The position numbers and the translations under genes were made by a program. Shown here piece by piece: positions 50,175-59,164 of a stretch of 64,000 bases of DNA (positions within the stretch are counted from its first letter, which is position 1; each line of letters starts with the position of its first letter). This stretch comes from Candidatus Nomurabacteria bacterium (GTDB lineage: Bacteria; Patescibacteriota; Minisyncoccia; Phycocordibacterales; UBA9973), in contig JAPLXU010000015.1 of NCBI GenBank assembly GCA_026395915.1, forward strand, positions 85-64,084, read 5' to 3'. A model generated the notes under the pieces. The model worked only from the letters and a program-made list of their open reading frames with translations. It was not told the DNA's origin and did no database searches.

Positions 50175-51014
50175 TTATTTTTTTGACATCATAATTTGTC
50201 TATTTTGTGAACTTTCCATTGTGTCGTGACATTCCTTGCAAAGGACTATGCCGTTGTCGACATTCCATAGAAGTTTGAATTTTATAGCTTCTTCTGTTGA
50301 GGTGCTATTAATTTGTTTATAGATTTTGTACAACGAGACAATATGGTGGACTTCTGCATATCTATCTGCATGAGATTTATCAAGCTGGCATTTGTTTCCA
50401 CATTTTTGTATTACATCCTGTTTCCATCTTTCATATATTGGCATTTGTTTTATTTTTTTTCTCCAATCAGAATACTTTTGAAATTCTTCTTCGCCCTTTC
50501 TTTTTCTTAATTCAATTTCTCTTTGTTCTTGCTGATATTTATCATCTTCTCGAATTTTTTTCATTAATATTCTTATTTTCTCCCTATAAAGACCTTGCAA
50601 CATTTTTAGTTGCTTAACTTCTTTTGAGAAATTTCTTCTATACCATCTCATTGAATTAATCTCTTTTACCCAGTAACGGGAATTAGTTTTGCAGGTATTA
50701 AGAAAGTTTAAATCATCTGAATATACAATATGTAGATGTCTGCTTATTGATTCAAGAGAATTAGATAAAAAAATTTCATCATGAGCCTTACCCATAAAAG
50801 AAGGATTCTCAAGCTCAATTGCAGCAAGAATTATGTCAGGATCCTTTTTAAATTCTTCTGAAACATATTTAAATACAGAAGGGTCGAGTTTAACAGCGGC
50901 AAGCACGACATTTTTGTTGTTACTATTGCGAATAGTCACAGCAACAGCACATCCCTTTATTATTGACTGCCACTCGCTATTAAATTTTAATTTTTCATTG
51001 TCTGATGGATTCAT
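50175..51014 (-). CDS. Protein with a DUF4116-like N-terminus and HNH endonuclease domain
   Basis: VVLAAVK...FKYVSEEFKKD; EVHHI...NGIVLCKECH. Confidence 0.8.
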   Translation of the reverse strand: MNPSDNEKLKFNSEWQSIIKGCAVAVTIRNSNNKNVVLAAVKLDPSVFKYVSEEFKKDPDIILAAIELENPSFMGKAHDEIFLSNSLESISRHLHIVYSDDLNFLNTCKTNSRYWVKEINSMRWYRRNFSKEVKQLKMLQGLYREKIRILMKKIREDDKYQQEQREIELRKRKGEEEFQKYSDWRKKIKQMPIYERWKQDVIQKCGNKCQLDKSHADRYAEVHHIVSLYKIYKQINSTSTEEAIKFKLLWNVDNGIVLCKECHDTMESSQNRQIMMSKK

Positions 51015-51034
51015 AAAATAAAGTTTATTATTTT

Positions 51035-51499
51035 TTACTCACAAAACTCCCACTCAATTTTTCCAGCCTTTATTTTGAAATTAATAAAGACTGCAAAATT
51101 ATATTTATACTCATCCCGTATTTTTTCTAATTTTTCGATATCTTTTTGACGGTCTTTGTTGGTGGCATCCTTTTTTGCTTCAATTACCAATAAATTTGGT
51201 CCTTTATTACCTCTTTTGTGAACAACAATATCTGGATATACTGTTTTGGCTTTAATATCATCCGTCAAGGTTTCACTGCCAATTGTTTTTTTTATTGCAT
51301 ATATTACTTTTGACTCCGAACCAAATTTGTTATATTCGCAGTCTACATCCCACGAACATCCAATTACTGCTTGTAAATGTTCTGCAAATTTATGCGTAAT
51401 GGACCGCTCATTTGCTTCAGCCAAAAGCAAATACAGATCATTCTTTAAAAAGCGAATTTTTGCTTGTTCTAAAATATTTTCAATCTGTTTCCTGTCCAT
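51035..51499 (-). CDS. PD-(D/E)xK-like nuclease
   Basis: NERSITHK, VDCEYN, PDIVVH...IEAKK. Confidence 0.7.
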   Translation of the reverse strand: MDRKQIENILEQAKIRFLKNDLYLLLAEANERSITHKFAEHLQAVIGCSWDVDCEYNKFGSESKVIYAIKKTIGSETLTDDIKAKTVYPDIVVHKRGNKGPNLLVIEAKKDATNKDRQKDIEKLEKIRDEYKYNFAVFINFKIKAGKIEWEFCE

Positions 51500-51501
51500 A
51501 T

Positions 51502-51690
51502 AAAAAAGCTAGCTGATAATAGCTAGCGCAGGATTCTATGAAACGCACAGAACCGCACGCGCCAGCTAGGTCTTGCGACCCTATATCAGTTTCCCGATAT
51601 AGCCCATGACTGAGTTGTTGAACACGTGCGGTTCAGTATCAGTCATGGGTCTTTTGACCATATCCTAAAATATTTAGGGGTTAGGTCTTC
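51502..51690 (-). ncRNA. Candidate structured leader RNA: pseudoknot, two GNRA hairpins, terminator/antiterminator
   Basis: Stems 51603-51613/51639-51649, 51550-51559/51625-51634, 51581-51602, 51569-51580, and 51508-51527 followed by U6. Confidence 0.7.
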
Positions 51691-52030
51691 CTATTAAATT
51701 TTTAACACCTCTTTATCATACTCTCTTTTTAAACCTCTGCAAATAACCGGTTCAGTGGTCAAACTGGTTGTCATTTTCTAATTTTTCTGCGAAATTTTTT
51801 GAGGCCCTCAATTCTAAATTGCCATTTTTTTTAAAAAACCGTGGCTACGTTCGTTTCCAACTCAGCGACACACCTCGCTGAACCTAAACTGACAGCCCCG
51901 CTCTCACCATTTTTGAAATACTTAATGACACAGATAAAAACTATGTCAGTGATAAAGATAATTTAATTTATCTTATCTAACTTTTTATAGTCGTAATAGA
52001 GTTATTTATTATTTAATTACTTTTTCTAAT

Positions 52031-52336
52031 ATGCAAACAGAAATCGAAACCTTGCCCAAGACTAATTTTTTGGGCAGTGAGAGGAACTTTTTGAGCGTAA
52101 AACAGCAAATTTCAGATCGTTTCGGTAAAGAAGTTGCAGAGGAATATGACCCGCTAGTAAATTGTCGCACCTACAACGATTGGAAGAGAAATAATTTTCT
52201 CGTTAATTATGGTGCCAAATCTCTTAAGTCGGTTGTTATAGTCGAAAAGAAGGACAAGATAACAGGCAAAGTGATCAAAAAATATCCTAAGACAATTTGC
52301 TTGTTCTTCAAGAATCAAGTTCATAAAGTCGAATAA
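52031..52336 (+). CDS. ArdC-like ssDNA-binding domain protein (tentative)
   Basis: RTYNDWK...V.YGAKS...LFFKNQV pattern. Confidence 0.55.
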   Translation: MQTEIETLPKTNFLGSERNFLSVKQQISDRFGKEVAEEYDPLVNCRTYNDWKRNNFLVNYGAKSLKSVVIVEKKDKITGKVIKKYPKTICLFFKNQVHKVE

Positions 52337-52364
52337 ATATTATCATTAATTAAAACTTATTATT

Positions 52365-53039
52365 ATGATTGCGGATAACTTGGTCCAAATGGACATCAGT
52401 AATGTGAAAAAAGGTGCGGAAACGTTAGCAGAAAAGCGTAAGTTTTTCCTTGAATCTATCCTGCCTACCTTAGTCGAAGGGCAGGATTATTTCATCGCGG
52501 ACAGTGGAAGAAAAGTTTTGAGCAAAGGTGGCGCGGAAAGATTGGCGGAAATTTATTCCATCACCGCTTTGTTTATCGCCGATAAAGAGTCGCTCGCTTT
52601 CTTTAGTAATGCTAGTGATACGGTCGCTTATTGTTGCATTCTAAAAAGAAACGGGTCCATCGTTGGTGAGGGTCGTGGTAGCGCCTCTTTAAAAGATCAC
52701 GATGACTCGGTTAATTCCACGATAAAAGTTGCACAAAAGAGCGCATTTGTTGATGGAATTTTGAGAGTTACAGGAATGTCTTTCTTATTCTCTCAAGATT
52801 TTTTGTCGGAAGATAGCAAAGAAGAACCGGATCTTGAGGGAAGGGATAGTGTCGCTTCATTTAATCACGATGATCTTCCTAAATTAATGACTGAAAAACA
52901 AGAGGCGTTACTTCGCACCTTGGTCGCAGAGAAAATCCATAATTCAGCTTCAAGAGAAGAATACCTAAAACAAATAAATCCCAATTTAAGCCGATTCCAG
53001 TGTTCAGAATTAATTTCTAGTTTATTACCAATGAAATAA
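52365..53039 (+). CDS. Phage-type single-strand annealing/recombination protein (tentative)
   Basis: LSKGGAERL, GEGRGS, NSTIKVAQKSAFVD, FSQD. Confidence 0.55.
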   Translation: MIADNLVQMDISNVKKGAETLAEKRKFFLESILPTLVEGQDYFIADSGRKVLSKGGAERLAEIYSITALFIADKESLAFFSNASDTVAYCCILKRNGSIVGEGRGSASLKDHDDSVNSTIKVAQKSAFVDGILRVTGMSFLFSQDFLSEDSKEEPDLEGRDSVASFNHDDLPKLMTEKQEALLRTLVAEKIHNSASREEYLKQINPNLSRFQCSELISSLLPMK

Positions 53040-53058
53040 TTATTATGAAGATAAGAAA

Positions 53059-53301
53059 ATGATTACAAATACAATGATAGCGAGTGGTTTTGATTCAAGA
53101 AAAAGTCGCGCTTTTCTTAAAAATTACACGATGGAAGAAGAAAAAATGATTTCTAGGGAACAGCGCCGAACACTTACTGAATTAATTATGCGTTCAATAG
53201 AAGACGACAGCGAGAGGGAATATCGACTCGCGGCGCTGGATGATTTAACGGCAAAAGAAGCTACCGCGGAAATATTCGAGTTTGAGATGGCGACGTGGTA
53301 A
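53059..53301 (+). CDS. Hypothetical protein resembling the C-terminal module of the upstream gene
   Basis: MISREQRRTLTELI versus LMTEKQEALLRTLV. Confidence 0.6.
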   Translation: MITNTMIASGFDSRKSRAFLKNYTMEEEKMISREQRRTLTELIMRSIEDDSEREYRLAALDDLTAKEATAEIFEFEMATW

Positions 53302-53311
53302 TAAAGTAAAC

Positions 53312-53350
53312 AAAAACAGGCGGTCCCATATTTTAGGTCTGCCTTTTTTT
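53312..53350 (+). terminator. Probable intrinsic terminator
   Basis: aggcggtcc...ggtctgcct followed by a T-run. Confidence 0.55.
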
Positions 53351-53662
53351 GTGAAATACCCTTTATTTTCAAGGTATCCTGCGTTTTTAGCCTAGTGGAT
53401 AATGTTATAGGAGAACAGTGTGGGACTCTGCTAGAATTTTAATAATGATATGCAAATATGAATATAAATTATGGAAAAAGTCAGTTTTTAACAAATAACT
53501 GGCCTCTTGTTTTAGGAACAAATTAATATCCCTTTTGGGTAAAATATTCTTTAAACCTCGTTTTTTGCGTGGTAGGTCTTTTTAAAGAATATTCCTACTG
53601 CGCAGTAAATGGGGTTTTTTCGTTTGTTTTTAATAATATTACTAATTTAATTAAAAAATCTT

Positions 53663-54523
53663 ATGAAAAATCATAGATACAATTTTCCGTATTCAAATGG
53701 AAAGGAATTAGCAGAAAAAATTAACAGCATTTTAGAGGAATACAATGTTCCTCTAACATTAAGACAGGTATATTACCGGCTTGTTGCTCTGGGATTAAAG
53801 AATTCCCAAAATGTATACAAAAATCTTTCAGGCAAACTTTCAAGGCTTCGAGAAGATGGACTAGTCTCGTGGGATAGGATCATTGACTTGAACAGGCAGC
53901 CGAAAAAGGAATCTTCGTGGACAAGTCCACAAGAATTCTTTGAGGCAGATCGCTGGTCGTACAAGCGGGACTTACAGCAGGGGCAGAAAGTTTATCTGGA
54001 AATTTGGTGTGAAAAAGCCATAGCCATTCGCCATATCACTGATAAATATGATGTGCATTTACTTGCTGGTGGCGGTTATAGAAGTAGTTCAGCATTGTAT
54101 GAAGCAGCGGAGCGTTTCAGGGATGTTGGCAAGAAAATTGTAATTTTGTATTTGGGTGACTTTGATCCCAGTGGACTAGATATCGAAAGGGATATTGAAA
54201 CCCGTATGAGAGAAGTCTTTGGACTGGAAGTTGATGTGCAAAGAGTTCTGCTGGTCCAGCAGGACATAACCGATTACGAATTATTGCCAAGCCCGGTAAA
54301 GCCGAAAGATACCAGAACGTCAGCATACATAGAAAGATATGGTTTCAGAGATGTTTACGAATTGGACGCGCTTAAGCCGGATGTTATAGCGGATAGGTTG
54401 GAAAGAGCTATCTGCCGGAATATAGACTTGGATTTATATAGAACGCAGGTGGAAAAATGGGAAGAGGACAAAGTGGAAATAGAAAGATTCCTAGATGCTT
54501 GGGACGAGCGGGAGTCTTATTAA
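53663..54523 (+). CDS. Winged-helix plus TOPRIM protein (Topo VI-A/JetD-like)
   Basis: LTLRQVYYRL, EIWCEK, LGDFDPSG, ELDAL. Confidence 0.8.
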   Translation: MKNHRYNFPYSNGKELAEKINSILEEYNVPLTLRQVYYRLVALGLKNSQNVYKNLSGKLSRLREDGLVSWDRIIDLNRQPKKESSWTSPQEFFEADRWSYKRDLQQGQKVYLEIWCEKAIAIRHITDKYDVHLLAGGGYRSSSALYEAAERFRDVGKKIVILYLGDFDPSGLDIERDIETRMREVFGLEVDVQRVLLVQQDITDYELLPSPVKPKDTRTSAYIERYGFRDVYELDALKPDVIADRLERAICRNIDLDLYRTQVEKWEEDKVEIERFLDAWDERESY

Positions 54524-54564
54524 AATTATAATTGCGCCGGACACCGGCACAGGAATCAAAATTT

Positions 54565-54795
54565 ATGTCATATAAACATCATGAGTATTGTAATGCAGCC
54601 ATTTGCGCTGGAGATCCGAAACCGGATTATAAAAACGAGCATCCCTGGTATCCGGGAGAGGAAGTGTGTAAGTTAAAACCTTTTCAAAAATTTCAGAAAA
54701 AACAATTGGCGATAAATAAAGAAGTTAAAAAAGGAACATTTCGAAATACCGATACTCCATTCGTAGCGTTTGAGCTAGAGAACAAGAGCATATAA
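54565..54795 (+). CDS. Hypothetical protein
   Basis: CNAAIC...WYPGEEVC. Confidence 0.55.
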   Translation: MSYKHHEYCNAAICAGDPKPDYKNEHPWYPGEEVCKLKPFQKFQKKQLAINKEVKKGTFRNTDTPFVAFELENKSI

Positions 54796-54915
54796 TCGTT
54801 TCTACGAAAAGGGTCGTCAGAAAAGCGTTGTGAAATAAGGGTCCGAAGTTTGTCAGCGGACCCTTAGTTCGCAAAACGAATAATTGCTCATTATCAATAA
54901 AAAATATAAAAAATT

Positions 54916-55173
54916 ATGAAAAAAGAAAATCAAAACTATGTTGATGGATTAGAAAAAGAATCAGAAAAAATTCTTTCGGTTTTTTGTTCTGATTCTATTG
55001 ATGTTCGTGCGAGGGTAACTTTTGATTCCTATGTGTTTGAAGGGATTCAAGTTACATTTTGGCAGGATGACGCGCCGGATCTCGTAGAACGGGTTAATAG
55101 CATGTTCGATATTTTATTTGAGGAAGTTATTAAAACTAGGGAAGTAAGTCGAAATAAATTAGTGAAAAGTTGA
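54916..55173 (+). CDS. Small protein upstream of the recombinase (RDF candidate by position only)
   Basis: 85 aa; FDILFEEV helix. Confidence 0.55.
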   Translation: MKKENQNYVDGLEKESEKILSVFCSDSIDVRARVTFDSYVFEGIQVTFWQDDAPDLVERVNSMFDILFEEVIKTREVSRNKLVKS

Positions 55174-55198
55174 GTTATTATTAGTATAATATAAAAAT

Positions 55199-56866
55199 AT
55201 GGAAAATATAATATCAAAAGTAATCAAATTTATAGCAGTGTACGCCAGGGTTTCAACCTCAAATCAGGAGGACCAAAAAACGATTGAAGCGCAACTTTCT
55301 GAAGTGCATGCATTTGCTAAAAAGAATGGTTACATTATTGTAAAGGAATATATTGATGAAGGCTGGTCCGGAGATATTCTTGCTCGACCGAATCTTGATC
55401 AGTTGCGTCATGATGCGCGAAATAGGAAATGGGATGCGGTGCTTATTTACGACCCCGACAGGCTTGGTCGCCGACTTTTCTATCAGCAAATTGTCATTGA
55501 TGAATTAAAACAATTGGATATTGATATTCTTTTTGTGACAATGCCACCAATAAAGAATGAAAGTGATGAACTTATGTTCGGTATCCGGGGTTTGTTCGCG
55601 CAATATGAAAAGGCAAAGATTGCCGAGCGTTTCAGAATTGGAAAAGTTAATCGTGTTAAGAATAATCATGTTTTAACAACTGTTGCGCCTTACGGATATA
55701 CTTATATTCTTAATAAGGGTAAACGTGGAAACACTGATTATGTTGCTGGTCATTATGAGATCAACGAGAGGGAGGCTGAAATTGTAAGAAAAATATTTTT
55801 TTGGGTGGCGAATAAAAAATTTACTCTTCGCGCGGTGGTGCGTAAATTGCAGGAGCTTGGAATAAAACCAAGAAAAAGTTTAAAGGGAACTTGGACTACG
55901 GGAAGATTGAGTACACTTCTTCGGCATGAGGCATATATTGGCACAGCTTACTGGGGAGCGTCGTATGCTGTTGTGCCATTGAATCCTACTAACAAAGATG
56001 GATACAAGAAGGTAAAAAAATCTAGTAGAAAAATGAGACCGAAGAAAGAGTGGTTCCCAATAACAGTTCCAGCTATTTTGAAAGACAAAAAAATATTTGA
56101 ACGCGCTGGATTACAATTGAAGAAGAATTTTGAGACACTCGGCAGAAATAAGAAAAATGATTATTTGCTCGTTGGTAGAATTTGGTGCATGTGTGGTGTA
56201 AGAAGGGCGGGGGAAGGTCCTAAACATGGTAAATATTTGTATTATCGTTGCTCTGATCGAGTTAATAGTTTTCCATTTCCATCTGTTTGTAAAGAGGGTG
56301 GAATCAATGCGCGAATTGCCGATGAGGCAGTATGGCAGAGAATTAAAATGATCATGAGTTCACCGGAATTAATGTTTCAACAAATAGAACGATGGCTTGA
56401 GAAACGCAATGATAATAAAAATTTGGATTCAACTATTGATATTGAACATACCCAGAATGAGATAATAAAATTACAAACGCAGGAAGATCGTTACGCGAAA
56501 GCATATTCGCAAGAAATAATTTCACTTGAGAAGTTTGAAGAATATGTCGCTCCATTAAGAGTAAAAATTCTTGAATTTAAAAATCAGATATCTAAAGCAG
56601 ATTTGGAAAAAAATCCTAAAAATGAGATACTATTACCAAGCAAGGATGAAATTGAAACATTTGCCAAAGAAGCCGTTCAATATCTTGAAAATCCGAGTTT
56701 TAAGATGAAACAAAACCTCATTCGGCAAACTGTCAATCACATAACTGCCAGTCGAAAATCATTAGAAACTTATGGTATTCTTAGCTTAAACGAAATCTAT
56801 GTCCTCTTGTTCTCTCAAGATCGGAATTGTAGGGCTCCCAAATGTAGGCAAGTCTACGCTTTTTAA
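55199..56866 (+). CDS. Large serine recombinase overlapping the ychF start
   Basis: YARVST, DRLGR, APYGY, CMCG...YYRC. Confidence 0.95.
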   Translation: MENIISKVIKFIAVYARVSTSNQEDQKTIEAQLSEVHAFAKKNGYIIVKEYIDEGWSGDILARPNLDQLRHDARNRKWDAVLIYDPDRLGRRLFYQQIVIDELKQLDIDILFVTMPPIKNESDELMFGIRGLFAQYEKAKIAERFRIGKVNRVKNNHVLTTVAPYGYTYILNKGKRGNTDYVAGHYEINEREAEIVRKIFFWVANKKFTLRAVVRKLQELGIKPRKSLKGTWTTGRLSTLLRHEAYIGTAYWGASYAVVPLNPTNKDGYKKVKKSSRKMRPKKEWFPITVPAILKDKKIFERAGLQLKKNFETLGRNKKNDYLLVGRIWCMCGVRRAGEGPKHGKYLYYRCSDRVNSFPFPSVCKEGGINARIADEAVWQRIKMIMSSPELMFQQIERWLEKRNDNKNLDSTIDIEHTQNEIIKLQTQEDRYAKAYSQEIISLEKFEEYVAPLRVKILEFKNQISKADLEKNPKNEILLPSKDEIETFAKEAVQYLENPSFKMKQNLIRQTVNHITASRKSLETYGILSLNEIYVLLFSQDRNCRAPKCRQVYAF

Positions 56867-57626
56867 CGCGCTTACGAAGCAAAGCGTGCCAGCAGAAAAC
56901 TATCCTTTTTGTACTATTGATCCATCGGTGGGCATCGTGCCGGTGCCGGACCTTCGTCTGACTAGGCTTTCGGAAATATCCAAATCAAAAAAAACTATTC
57001 CTGCTGTGGTGGAATTTGTAGACATCGCGGGGCTAGTCAAAGGAGCATCAGAAGGCGCTGGACTTGGCAATAAATTTCTCTCGCACATTCGCGAAGTGGA
57101 CGCCATCATTGAAGTTGTGCGAATTTTTGAAGACAAACAAATGATTCATGTGCATGACAAGATTGATCCGCTTTTTGACATAGAGGTTATAAATTTTGAA
57201 TTAGAAACTGCAGGAATAAAAAAACCGACCTTGTATGTCTTGAACACTTCCGAAGTCGCCGAAAATGTAAAAAAAGATTTTATTTCAAAATTGCCCGGTC
57301 CACATATAGAAGTTGACCCAATTTTTGGTAAAGGTTTGGATGGGCTTATAAAAGCGAGCTATGATCTCTTAAACTTGATTACTTTTTTTACGACAGGAGA
57401 GGACGAATCGAGAGCTTGGACTACGCTTCGCGGGGCGACGGCGCCTTTCGCCGGCCGTTCAATTCACACAGATTTTCAACAAAAATTTATTCGAGCGGAA
57501 GTTGTGGCTTATGAAAAACTTGTAGAGGCGGGTTCGTTCGCGAAAGCGAAAGAAAAAGGCTGGGTCCGCACCGAAGGCAAAGAATACATTGTTCAAGATG
57601 GCGATGTCGTAGAGTTTTTGATATGA
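56799..57626 (+). CDS. ychF: Ribosome-binding ATPase YchF, short form; start supplied by the element
   Basis: [36 protein letters not shown]. Confidence 0.95.
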   Translation: MSSCSLKIGIVGLPNVGKSTLFNALTKQSVPAENYPFCTIDPSVGIVPVPDLRLTRLSEISKSKKTIPAVVEFVDIAGLVKGASEGAGLGNKFLSHIREVDAIIEVVRIFEDKQMIHVHDKIDPLFDIEVINFELETAGIKKPTLYVLNTSEVAENVKKDFISKLPGPHIEVDPIFGKGLDGLIKASYDLLNLITFFTTGEDESRAWTTLRGATAPFAGRSIHTDFQQKFIRAEVVAYEKLVEAGSFAKAKEKGWVRTEGKEYIVQDGDVVEFLI

Positions 57627-57684
57627 AAACTCGTAGATACTGAGTAAGTCGAAAGTATGATAGAATTTCTAATATAAAAATAAT

Positions 57685-58586
57685 ATGAAAAACGAAATTA
57701 AAATTTTTTGTTCGAAAGACTGGTCCTTCGACTCTGCTCAGGATAAAGTTAGTTATGAACTTCTTGATACCGGAGAAGGAGAGAAGCTGGAACGATTTGG
57801 TCCGCATACTTTTGTGCGACCTTGCGAAAATGCTGTGTGGAAAAAAACTTTGCCCGAGAAGGAGTGGAATAAAGCTGACGGAAAGTTTTGGAGTTCAAAA
57901 GTTGGCGCGAAGGCAGGATGGGCATATTCCAAAAATGAGCAAGGGGAGTCCTTGCTCAAATGGGAAATGCAATATAAAGGAATTAGATTTTTTGCTTCGC
58001 CTACACCATTCCGACACTTGGGTTTTTTCCCTGAGCAGGCGAGCCATTGGGATTTTATAGAAAAAAAGATTAAAGAAAATCTAAATCTGCAAGGTCTTGG
58101 CATTTGGACGCTTCAAAACAAATCTTAAATTGGGCAAAAGAAAATCAAAAATTAAATGTCGAGCTTGCTGAGGCGCCGATGCGGGTGATAGAAGATGACG
58201 CTATAAAATTTCTCGAACGCGAAGCGAAAAGAGGGAACAAGTATGACGCAATCATAATGGATCCGCCAAAATTCGGTAGAGGTCCAAAAGGAGAAGTCTG
58301 GAAGATTGAAGAAATGTTGCCGAAGCTTCTCGCTTCTGTGAAAAAAGTTTTAAGTGGCGAACCACTTTTTGTGATTTTGACTTCTTATGCAATTGATTCC
58401 TCTTCGCTCTCGCTTGGTTATGCGTTAGAAGAAATGATGAAACCTGCCCGCAATGCTTCCAGCATAGCTGATGCAGGCGGGGATTTTTCCGGTGCAGTTG
58501 AGGCAGGCGAGTTATGCGTTTTGGAAAAATCCAACAATCGCATTATTCCGCTTGCGAATACTGCTGTTTGGAGTAATATACAGTAA
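57685..58586 (+). pseudogene. RlmI/RlmK-like SAM methyltransferase, frameshifted near 58090-58100 with the SAM-binding motif absent
   Basis: YELLDTG..KLERFG and HLGFFPEQ lie in one frame; DASK...DPPKFGRG in another; no NLFxYTG-like motif between them. Confidence 0.75.
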
Positions 58587-59137
58587 TGCAAACACAATCA
58601 AAAGTTTTGAAATGGGCTCTCATTATAGGCATTGTTATTGTGCTAAATATGTTTTTTAATTATGCGTTGTCTTTAGTTTATAAAAATCCAAAATTCGAAA
58701 ATTTTTGCCCGAACACCTCTCAGGTTGTAAATGTTGTGAACACTCAAAAGCAATGTGTTGATCTTGGCGGTCAGTGGAATCCCAATACTAACTATCAGGC
58801 ATACAATCAACCAATGGCAATAGATAAAACAGCTCCTCAAGGCTACTGTGACCAGCAATTCACTTGCCGAAACAATTTTGATTCGGCGCAAAAAGTTTAC
58901 GATCGAAATGTGTTCATCACTCTGGTCATCTTGGGTGCCATCTGTGTGGCTGTCGGTAATTTTTTTGCTGGAAATTTGCTAATCAGTGTCGCTCTTTCTT
59001 TGGCAGGTGTTTTGTCGTTCATCATCGCTTCGATGAGATACTGGGGTTCAGCTGACGATTTGATAAAAGTGATTATCTTGGCGATAGCTTTGGCGATTTT
59101 GATTTGGGTGGCAATTAAAAAGTTTAAGAATAATTAA
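58586..59137 (+). CDS. Membrane protein with a Cys-containing extracellular loop
   Basis: About 4 TM segments. Confidence 0.75.
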   Translation: MQTQSKVLKWALIIGIVIVLNMFFNYALSLVYKNPKFENFCPNTSQVVNVVNTQKQCVDLGGQWNPNTNYQAYNQPMAIDKTAPQGYCDQQFTCRNNFDSAQKVYDRNVFITLVILGAICVAVGNFFAGNLLISVALSLAGVLSFIIASMRYWGSADDLIKVIILAIALAILIWVAIKKFKNN

Positions 59138-59164
59138 TTATGAAGGACGGTCCTCCACAGAAAT

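Larger units (their letters stand above)
44250..56824. mobile_element. ~12.6 kb serine-recombinase integrative element inserted in ychF
   Basis: Split ychF start at both ends, recombinase at the right end, RM-like and phage/plasmid-like cargo. Confidence 0.88.
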
